Of a stretch of 64,000 nt of DNA, positions 27,935 through 39,591 are shown piece by piece (position 1 is the first letter of the stretch; the number at the start of each line of letters is the position of its first letter). Below the pieces are notes generated by a model. It saw nothing but the letters and a program-made list of their open reading frames with translations. It did not search any database and was not told the origin of the DNA. The position numbers and the translations under genes are program-made. The stretch is from Geosiphon pyriformis uo1 (Eukaryota > Fungi > Glomeromycota): contig JAAOMT010000429.1 in assembly GCA_016748015.1 (NCBI GenBank), forward strand, positions 1-64,000, read 5' to 3'.

Positions 27935-30900
27935 TTGTTGAATTTTTCAAAAAATAATCATAATAAAAATAATTAAATTAAGATTAAAATTTGAAAAAAA
28001 TTTGAAAAATAAAGAAATATTTTGAATATAAAGTTTTTATATTTTTTTGGTTTTGGGTTTTTCTTGTAATTATTTACTATTTTTGTTTTTATATTTGTGT
28101 ATTATTAAAAGAATATTATAATAATAATAAATTAAATGTTCAGATTTGATTGTTGTTTTATTATAACTATTGGTTTTAAATATCAAGAAATATTTTTGGA
28201 ATTAATTAAAAAGGAATGTATACTAATTTGTGAAATTAATAATTCAAAATTGTTTCTGAAATAATAATGTTTTAATTGATTTCTATGTACAACTTTGACT
28301 AAAATTTTGTTATTAAGTCTTAATTTGTATAATCTATTGCTTAAGATTTTGTAAATATAAAATAGTCTATTCTATTTATGTTCTAATTTTCTATTTTATT
28401 GTTTTTCAGTCTTAGGTTTGTGTAAAAAAACTTTGTTTTTAATTTTAAATTTGTTAGTAACTGGTGGTAATTTGTTGTCATGCCATTTTTTTTGTTGGAC
28501 TTAAGAATATTTAATATGGGTAACTGCTATTTGTTTTTTTTTTCTAATGTACTAAAAAAAGTATAGACTCTTTGTAAAAGTTTTTCTTAGAAGTTTTTTT
28601 TATTGATTGGTTGTACTGAATATGTTTCCATAATAAAATTAATTGGTAATGTTGCTGTTTTTTTATAGATTAAATCAAATAATATGTATTTTGTGATATC
28701 TTGTTTTAGTAGTAATATTAATAAAATAAAGATATTCTATTCTTGTTTAAAATCAGTTAAGATTTTGATTAATAATTTACACAATATTTAATTAAACTGT
28801 TCTATTAATCCATTTATTTAGGAGTAATAAAGTAATAATAAGAGTTTTTTAATATTAAATTGTTTACAAAATTCTTGTATTAAGTTGTTTACAAAGTGTG
28901 TTTTTTGATTTAATAAGAGTTCAATTAAACATTTATGTCTACAAATAATATTTTCATAAATAAAATTTACTACTAATTTTGTATCTGCTTGTTAAATGGC
29001 TTTGGCTTTAAATCATTTGATGAGATAATTTATTGTAATTATGATATAATGATTTTTTTAAGTAATAATAGGTAGTAATTCAATTAAATTAATTTCTACT
29101 TTATTAAAAGATTGTTTAACTTTGATTGAGTTTAAAAATTTAGTAAGGTGAGTTTTTTCTCTTTTTTGACAATTATTATATGATTTTACATATTGTTAAA
29201 TGTTTTTTTACATATGAAACCAAAAATAATGTTTTAAAGTTTTCTAAATTGTATATTTTTTCTTAAATATACTAATAATAAATTTGTATATATTGTTACT
29301 TATAAAAATTAGGAATTATAATAATAGATAAAATAGCCAATCAGAAATAAACATAGTAAAAAAAAATTTTAAGATTCCAGAATTTCAGAATTTCAGAATT
29401 TCTGTCAAAAAAATTAAAGGATTTTAAAAAATCTTGTATAATACAAATTATGTATATATAACAAGAGTATTAGAAACAGAAAAGTATTTATCCGACTTAG
29501 ATAAAACAGTAATTAGTAATAACTATTTATTTTTATATTTTTTTCAAAAGATAGTTTTTATGACTTAAAGCAAAATCATGTTAATATCAATAAAATATTT
29601 TATTATTATCCAATTTATGTTATTATTACTTAATTAAAAATATTAAATCACTTTTCTGTTATTAACAATTTATGTTAATAAACTCTAATACTTAACTATA
29701 TTAAACCAATAGCTCTTAATCACAGCTATTGATAAAATACTAATTTCTTATTTTTTTTTCTTATTTTTTTAATTTTTCTTTTGTTTTATTTCTTTGTTGT
29801 TTACTAATTGATTAAAAAAATTAAGTACTGAGTATTTGACATCAAAAATAGCCTAATAAAATACTTAGAAACAAGGATAGAAATTTAAAAATAGCTTACC
29901 AAAAAGGCATGACTACCAAAATAAACTGGCCACTATGCTAAAAAAAAATTCACAGAAAAAACCATCAATTGAATTTCTGTTCATTATATAAAAAATTCAA
30001 CTAAAACCTTTAGATTTCAAAATTTTCAGAAATTACAGACATTTTTAATTATTAAATATTAAGTTATGGGTTTGTTATTTGTTTTAACATTTCAAATAAT
30101 TACCTATAATATTTGGTACTCCTTATGAAATATAATCTAACAGAAAATTAGCACTAATATCAATTATCCAGAAAAATAGCAGATCAAAAAATCATAGGAG
30201 AAAATCATTTAAGATTTGTAAAATCCTTATTTCAACATTATTAAACTTATCTTGGATTAACAAATAACTATTGGCCAATAGAATCAGCTTTTAACTTCTA
30301 TGTTAATAAAAAAATTAAATTCTATTTAAAAAACCAAGAAGATCTAAAAGTCACTCTTAAGAATTTCTATAGTAAACTATTTTAAAATACTATCCTTCTA
30401 TCAAACTATTTGTTTGTATTACTAATTACAGAAATAAACAAAAAAATTGAAAAATACACACAATAAAGATTTTTTATTATCTTTGCAGACAAAAAAAAAT
30501 TACAAACTTTAACAGAAACACCAAAAAAAACACAATTGTTTACTTAGAAGAAACCAAGAGTTGTTTTACTCATTAACTTATCATATTATCACATATTTAA
30601 AAATACTATTCACATAATATCAGCAGTCATATTTACAGCAGTTGCAAAAACACTATTAGTAAGAATATTATTTTAAAATAATCAAGAAAAAGCCAAATTA
30701 TTAGGAACTTACAATAATTTTTTTGAAGAGTTTAAATTGTGATCAACAATATCATCAAAACTTTAATTACTGCCACTTTAACCAAATTTCGAATTGACCA
30801 GTTATTGAAAAGATACTGAATCAGAAAAAAAAAAAACAATAATTAAAGAAATAATAATTAAAATCCAATCTTAGATAACTCAGAAGTACAAACTTCAATT

Positions 30901-33037
30901 GTTCAAACTCTACAAAATTCAAACAATCTAAACACTATTCTTATTATTTAACAAAACTTACCTTTAATTATTGTAATTAATTTACCAATTGTACCAATTG
31001 CCACATAACAACAACAATCTTAACAACAATTGCAACAACAACAAATTGCATCAATGGCATATATACCAATTGTCAAACTTAAAAAATTCATTAAAAAAGA
31101 AAACAATACCTAAATATAAGTAAATCATGTGACAAAAACCATTACAACCAATAGATAAAATAATGTTAGAGTTTTTCAAGCAATTCTGTACTTTTTCTAA
31201 AACACTGCCAATTTGTGATATCAGAATTTTGTAAACAAATCCCAAGATTTTGACACATTTAAAACCATATTTTTGTAGTATTTTAACAGTAATAACAGTA
31301 TTTATTGTTTATTAACTAGTTTTTTTATAATTAAACAAGATAATACTAAAACAGTTACTATGTACTTGAAATGTTTTCATAGAAATCTGTGCCAAATTCA
31401 AGCAATCAATGCTGACTACTTTATAATACTCCAGATTTTAAATTAATTTATCTATAGATAATGCAGCAACTTGTTACAACAAATATGTCTAATATACCCA
31501 AATACTCTTCAAGACATAGTAACATATGTCAAAAATTTTAAATTAATAGAACTTGAAGCCAACTATGCCCAAGCCATAAATTTAATAATGAACAGATTAT
31601 CTGAATTAGATTTTAAGCTGAAACAATTTAATAACTTCATTAATCAAAAATTAGAAAAATATTTAGCTAACAATCAAACAATCTATTAGCCTTATTAATG
31701 TTATAACAATTAAGAAAACTCCAATTGCTTCCAAAATTTATTACATCTATTATTATTATTATTATTAACCAATCAATTATAACAACAAAAAACACATAAT
31801 TATTATTATTATGATAAATAAAACTATCTAAAAGCAGATTGCTGCTTCAGATTTAATAATTAATGATCAAAAAATAAATAACAAAATCCTAATTGCAAGT
31901 TTTAAATTCAGAACTATGCCAACAATTTGTTATTGAAATTATACTAATATTAGTTATAATCACATTACTCCCAAATAACATAACAACCAATATATTTATT
32001 TTTAGTATATTAGACTTTAATACTGATAATATATTAGCTATAATTATAAATTATTTATTAACCACAACAAATTCAAGCACTGTTACAAAATACTATGCCA
32101 ATACTAACTAAAAACCAAAGGCTAAAAATTACACACATTCAACAAGATTGACAATTGACAATAATTATGCATTAACCAATTTTCAGTTCCTTAAACTAGT
32201 TATTAGGATTATGCCAGTGGAGTTTGAAAAGTAAGTACACCCAAAATTCGAATTTTCAGAACTATTTAAGTTTTTTAGTTACCTCAGAAAACAATCTATT
32301 TAACAACTTGGAAACCAACTCAATACCATTTACCAACAATATTTCACTAGCAACAGTTACTAAAAACAAGTTATTTGCAGCTATTTTTTTTTGAATTAGA
32401 AGAATCAGCAATAATACCTCTATTTAGTAGAACCACTTTTAATACCAAACCAATTATCACAATATATATGGATGTTAAAGTTAATGGCCAATCTATTAAA
32501 TTAATTCTTAATAATAAGTTAGCAAACAGCATTATTACATAACAACTTATGAACTAATTAAGTTGTCAATTTAATTATGTTGCCAGCACCAAATAATCAC
32601 AATTAATAAAGTGACTAAGACTTCTATTGACAAAATTGATGATTTTCTTTTTAAAGTTAATGGCATTCTTATACCAATCAAGATTCTAATCATAAAAATT
32701 ACACAATATCAAGCTCTTATTAGTAATAACTGGCTGTCCAAGACCAATACTATACTTGATTAAACCATACAAGAGCTATAATTTAGTTAAAATAATTAAT
32801 ACATTTGAGTACCAGCTATCTGCAGCCACTTTAAAACAAATACCATCACCCAATCACCACTACTCAAGTTCAAAAAAAAAATAAAAAAACTTATCTAAAA
32901 AACCTATCAAGTTTTGTGAGTTAAAAATAATCACAATGAACTATTACTAATACTCTCTTAAAATAACAAAAAAAAAGAAAAAAAAAGACAAATCACAAAT
33001 CATTACCTCTATAAAAGAAATAAATAATGGTTAGCAC

Positions 33038-33952
33038 TGTTACAAGTAATTATTTGGGATTTCAAGTCAAATAACAAACTCATAATCTGGTGCTCAGTAT
33101 CAATTCTGATGGCTGATAGTAGTGATATTGGTACATTGTCTTTATCTGAAGGTTTTGATTGAGAGTCTTTTGTATAATAGACAGAAATTCAATAATAAAG
33201 TAGTTGGTTGGTAAGTGGTGTTCTCAATTTCTGTCTTCAGCTTGGTGGCTAGTTTATTCTGGCAGTTGTGTCCTTCTGGTAAGCTATCTATTAATATATA
33301 TATACTTTTACTCTTATTTCTGGGTCTTTTACCAGGCTATCTGTAACATCAATTACTTAGTGCTTTTAATCTTTAATCAGTTAGTATACAACAATAAAAT
33401 TAAGAAAAGAAAAATAAAAGAAAATAAAGAAATAAGCCAAGGCAATTTACAAATTAAAATCTGTCAATAGCCGTGATCAAGAGCTATTGTTCTAGTGTGA
33501 TTAAGTATCAATTACTATCAACATGAAGTATTGATAGTAGAAAGTGAGTTGAAATAGTGAATAATTATTTATTAATATTTGTGAATAGAAAGTTGCTTAG
33601 ATGAAATCTAAACTGAAAGGTCTCTAATGGAAGAATTTTGCTTTTTTCTACTTCTAATGCTACTGCTATATATACATAATTGATGTTCTACGAGATTGCT
33701 CATATTTCCAAGTAATGTGCTATGATTTTTTGAGCAATGTTCACATTGCTAAGCAATGTGCCCTAATTTTCTAACATTGCTCCACATTGCTGAGCAATAT
33801 GCCATGTTTTCTGTTATTGTTCTACATTGCTAAGCAATGTGCCATAATTTCTGTTATTGCTTTACATTGCTAAGCAATGTGCTCATGTGCTACATACTAT
33901 TTGCTTATTGGTCTACTATTTCCCTATATCTGTTTTCTTTTTATGAGTAATA
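33038..33952 (-). mobile_element. solo LTR (family C) with perfect 4-bp TSD GCAC
   Basis: TGTTAC...GTAATA termini, GCAC at 33034-37 and 33953-56. U5/R homologous to B LTRs, with a distinct U3. Confidence 0.9.
33700..33885. repeat. U3 tandem array, about 40-bp period, each unit with a 19-bp palindrome CACATTGCT-R-AGCAATGTG
   Basis: Units at about 33702 (degenerate), 33742, 33783, 33823 and 33863. Confidence 0.85.
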
Positions 33953-34869
33953 GCACATATCCTACTTATTAGAACAAAAAAAAACTACTTTATATTCTTC
34001 TTAAATGTATTGATTTTAAAAAAAAAATTTCCTTTATGAAAACTTAAATATTATCTGAAGAAAACTACTGGATACATACTCACTACTATTGCAAATCATG
34101 TTACAAAAAATATTTTGGTTACTTAAAATAACAAAAAAAATAAAACAACAAATTATGTCTTACTTGTGGAAAAATTTTATTCAATAAAAGAATATGAAAC
34201 AACATTTCTGGTTATAAAGAAATATGTGATGTCTTGTGTCAACACATAATTTTTATAAGCAACTGAGTGAACCAAAAAATGTCTTTTAATATTACATAAA
34301 ACTGTAATACTTTTATGCTTAGATAGTTACCCATATGACAAAGACAAAATCTAGTAAATGACAAATGTCAAAGTCGAAAGTGCTTCATTCAAAAAAATAC
34401 TTGTGATCAAAAACAACTCATTAGAATCTATTGAAACCATTTTTATTCTTAATTCAGATATTTTTATTGATATTATAAGCAATTCAGAGCAATTTCATAA
34501 ACATTATTAAGATTTAGCACTTATTAGAGAAAAGTAAGAACAGTATTTCAAACAATTAAACATAAGACTCTGTAAATATTGTTTAATTCTCAGTGACTTT
34601 AAATATTGTAATACTTGTGACCTTATCTACAATTTATCACTATGTGTAATTTATTTTATTTTTAAAAAGAAAAAACCAATTAGCAAATGTGCATCAAAAT
34701 TGGAATTGAAATTCAATTGCAATTCAAACTTCAATGATAATAACAATTATAATTTTAACTCTATTCATTATAACAACAATTCAAACTTTGACAAAAATTT
34801 TAAATAATATATTATGCTTCCAAATTTCTCAAAGAAACAGAAACTTAAATGGTTTGTAATAATAATAAA

Positions 34870-35395
34870 AGTATTATATTAAAATATATACATAATATTA
34901 ATGTAAAATTTGATCTTAGATATTCAAAAAAAACTGCCATCTAATTAAAACTTTATTTGTATACTAGTATAGATCTAAAAATAGCATTGAAAATTTTAAA
35001 AATAACAATAGTTCAATTAACTTCTAGATTTAGTTTAATGAAAAAAGAATTAATATTAAAGAAAGAATAATTGACACAAAATATGTAAAAAATATTATTG
35101 TAATGCTACAAAATATCTCAGAAAAAAAATATACTATTAATTTTTTTTGTGTAAATTTATTTATTTAAGCAAAAATATTATTAGTAATATATTTTTAAAC
35201 AATACATGTATTTAATATTTAATAACATGTTATAATATATTAAACAATAATTTTTGTAATTTATTTTGAACTAAATAAAAAGATAACATAAGCAATATTC
35301 TTGCTTTTGATTAAAATAGCTTAGTTAGTATTAGTAAAAACAAGAAAAGAGTTAAGAATTACAGCAAAAGAAATAAAAAAATTTGAATCTATGGA
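34870..35395 (+). pseudogene. dUTPase domain in Gypsy B1 pol (interrupted by a 129-bp AT-rich insert)
   Basis: G>A/C>T-eroded versions of all five trimeric dUTPase motifs: NVKFDLRY, QLTSRFSL, ERIIDTKY, KIT*AIF, KEIKKFES. Confidence 0.75.
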
Positions 35396-37820
35396 TAGAA
35401 TAAAGATACCAGTCAATATAATAGAAAAAAAAATCATTAATAAAAAAAAAATTATTTCTACCAATCAATTTATTTTTATTCTACTATATAACTAGTATAT
35501 GTTAACTATAAAAAAGAAAATAAAGAATTAATTCCAAATTTTGAAATAAAAACCACCATTTATAAATCAGAAAAGATTGCTATTATCAATTTTTACATAT
35601 TAGTTAAAAACTATAAACACATCAAAATACTAATACATAATATAACTAGAAACTCCATAAAAATACCAAGTAGAACTATCATCAAATACTTAAGCATTGA
35701 AGTTAAAAATTAAGCATCTACCATCATTTCAGATTTTTTACAACTTTTTAAATATGTAGATATTATATTACAAACAATCTACAAACAAAAAGAGTGCTAT
35801 TTGTTACAACCAAAACAATTGGAACAAATAAACTTAAGAAATATAGACTTATTTTAACATATACAGCTCAAAATACTACTCAACAATTTTACTAACATCT
35901 TTGTTAGTAAAAATAAATTTGGCAAAACTGACATTATTTAATATCAAATCAAAACTGGAGATGTTATGCCAATTAAACAAAAAACATACAAAATGTCATT
36001 TACCAGCCATGAGATTATCTAACAAGAAATTAACCAAATATTAAACAACAAATTAATTCAATCATCAATGAATTTATGGTTGTTATTAGTAATACTTGTC
36101 CAGAAAAAAAATAGAAAGATTTACTTTTGTGTAAATTACCAAAACCTTAATAATATTACTTATAGAGATAATTATTCAATTTTACAGATCCAAAAGTTAT
36201 TTGATGCTTTTGAGAGAAAAAATGGTTCTCAATATTGAATTTAGATAGTGATTATTAACAAGTAACCATAAACTTAGTTGACAAAAAAAAGACAACTTTA
36301 TTACCAAAGAAAAAAATTTTGAATTTAACATTATGTTATTTAATTTAACCAATGTTCCAGTCACTTTTTAATAGCTTATAAAAATTATTTATATTAGAAT
36401 ATTATAAAAATCTGTAGTAGTCTACTTAGATAACACTAATATATTTTCAAAAACATTTGATGATTATTTTTATTATCTTTAACAAATATTTAAAAGATTA
36501 AAAAAAGCCAGATTAAAATTAAATGCAACCAAATGCTTCTTTGGCAAAATAAAACTCAAGTTTTTGAGACATGTTATGAGCAAAAATAGCATTGAAATAG
36601 ATTCAAACAAAATTGAAATAGTTAAAAACTTTTCAGTACCAACAAACTTGACAAAACTAAGAGCATTCTTGAAATTTACCAAATATTATTACTGCTTTAT
36701 CCAAAATTTTTTTAAACTAATGCAACCACTTTATCAGCTTTAAACAAAGAATGTTAAATATAAATGGACAAAAACCAAACAAAAAGCTTTTGATATCTTA
36801 AGAAAAAAGCTCATTCAAGCTTTAGTACTGATCTATCTAGATTATAACAAGTTATTTATCATTACTATTAATACATTTAGTCAAAAATTGGGAGCTGTAT
36901 TATCACAAAAAAGAGCAAATAGACGAAAATATTTAACAGCATATGTTAGCTGAAGTTTAAGTCTAGCTAAAAAAAATTATAGAACTTTAGCATTAAAACA
37001 TTTAGCTATCTATTAGGCTGTTATTAAATAGAAAAAATACTTAAGTTAAAAGTTTAATGTGTATACTAATTACAAAGAATTAACATCAATTCAGAAACAA
37101 AAATTTGGAGATGATTGTTATACAAAATAAAAATAAAACTATTATTATTTAATTATACTGTATATTATAAAAAGAAAAAAGAAAATAGAAATGCTAATAA
37201 TTTATTGTAAATAAGACAAATCTAAACCATTTTAACCCAAGAATATAACAAAATGAATACACAAAAATATCAACAACTCTAATATTATATTAATACTCAA
37301 TAATTTAAAGAGAAATTATCTCAAAAAAACAAAACAACATAAAATAACAATCAAAATATTTTATTATTTACCAAAATATATTATATTAAAAAAACAGAAA
37401 AAATTCAGATCAGTTACTCAGAGTAATTACAAAACCAAAGAAAGAAACAATACTGTTCAACATGCACTTAGATCCAACTACAAAACATTTTTATAAAGAA
37501 ACAATCATAAAAAGAACTAAAAAAAGATATTATTGGCCATTTAAATATCCAAATATCATCTAATATGTTCAAAATTGTAATGCTTATCAAAAAAAAAAAG
37601 AAATAAGACCCAATAAACTACTAAGACCAATTAAAGTGAAACAATTATTTGATTGAATTAGAATTAATTTAGTTAAACCATTAAATATTACCAGTAAAAA
37701 CAATCAATATATAATAGTAATTATAGACTATTTTATAAATAGCCAAAAGCAAAAGCAATTCAAAGAGCAGATGCAGAATTTGTAGCCAAATTTGTATACC
37801 AAGTTTTAATTTGTTAACAT

Positions 37821-38787
37821 TGTTACCAGTGGAATTTTAGCTATTAATTAGCATGAAATTATCTTCATAATTCTTATTATTAAGTAGCATATTATTATCA
37901 TTTCGATTATCACTTATTAATTAGCCAAATTATCAAATATCATTACTTAATCAATAACCCGATTTGTACTATAGAAATTAAGATGATCAAATTACACAAT
38001 ACCCTGAACCATTTAATATAGTCAAAATTCGCCGAAATTAATAGGAAAATCGCCGAAATAATCAATAATTCGTAGAAATAACTTGTAGTTTGCCGAAATG
38101 TATCTTTAGTTCACCCAAATTAAAGAAAAGAGAAAAATGCAATTTCAAAGACTAGTACTACAACAAATTGTATAAAAGAAGAGCTTCTCTCTTCAAGAAA
38201 AATATATCCTTCCCATATCTTACTATAGTAACTTACTTTAGATATCTTAATTGAAACAAATCACCTTTTACACATTTCAAATAAAAATTAAATATTCGAA
38301 AACCAAATCCTTAAATTATTACACTTGAAATTCCCTCAACACAACTAACGTTTTGAAATTGATTAGCTACCAATTTCAATAAACTGTTAGTGACTCCAGG
38401 CCTGGATAGAAAACGTTTCTCTTGCTAGAATTCTATTTCTTTTACATTTCTTTTGTTTTTCTTTTATTGTTATTACAATCATTAGGGTAGCCTACAGACG
38501 AGATTCCTGTAGAAGAGTTGACTTTCACAGCAAAGTAATTACACATTTTAGTGAGCTTCCAGACGAGCAATTTCTAGGAAAGAGTTGACGTTTACTACAA
38601 CATAACTACACAAAGTAACTGGCACGGAATTGGCCATTCCACTTATAAGCCCAGCAGTTCAAATTATAGGAGATAATTTGAAGATAAATTCAGTTATTGG
38701 AGGTTCAACTACTTCTAGAAAACGTGAATTCACAACAAACAAACATTTACAACATTTAAGAAAAGAGACCAAAAACCTCCGGTAACA
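37821..38787 (+). mobile_element. young solo LTR of family A with perfect 4-bp TSD ACAT
   Basis: TGTTACC...GGTAACA 7-bp inverted termini, ACAT at 37817-20 and 38788-91. Inserted in the B1 integrase core; retains many CpGs. Confidence 0.95.
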
Positions 38788-39591
38788 ACATAAATGCCCA
38801 AAAAAATTGTTATTAGATTAAGGAATTTACTTTGTGAACAGAACATTAACAAAATTAAGTCAAAGATTTAAAATTAAGAGACTATTATTATTATTATATT
38901 ATTTACAAACAAATGGCTTAGTTGAAAAATTCAACAGAATATTGTGTAAAATAATAGCCAAAATTAGCCAAAAAAACCAAGATAAATAGAATTTGTTAAT
39001 ATTATTAGTATTATTTGCTTATTAGACAATAAAGCAAGATATTATACAAGCAACATTATTTAAACTAGTCTATAATAGAACAGCAATAATACCAGTTAAG
39101 ATAGATATTAATACATATCCAACTAAACTAATAACAGAAGCCAACTTCCAAGAAACATTACTGAAAAAAACATATAACTTAATAAAAACTTTAGAAAACA
39201 AAAGACAAAGAGCAGTTAATAATATACAAAAGTCATAAACAAAACAAAAAACATAATATTATAACCAATTATCAAATAAACCAATCAAATTTAAGATTAA
39301 AAACAAAGTACTTTTACATTATATTAAAGCAAAAAAACAATAAAATAGAAAATCTAATTCCAAATAAGACAGATTATTTCACATTGAAAAAATTTTTGAA
39401 AATAAATCTTATAAATTAAGATAAGGCAACAAAATCTTAACTAAAGCAACATATAAAGATTAACTAAAATTATAATATAGTATTATTATTTACTAGTAAT
39501 ATTCTACAATTAAGAGTACAATAAATATTAATTCAATTAGATAAAATTTCATAAGATTTAGAACCAATCATAATTATTAACACAAACATGT

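Noticed and set aside
33700-33885. CRISPR-like array of palindromic repeats
   Set aside because: The spacers resemble each other, there are no cas genes, the context is eukaryotic, and the array lies inside a TSD-flanked LTR.
39300-39590. Chromodomain at the integrase C-terminus
   Set aside because: The GPF-type region is followed by a short tail; no chromodomain aromatic-cage pattern is recognisable here or at 63300-63420.
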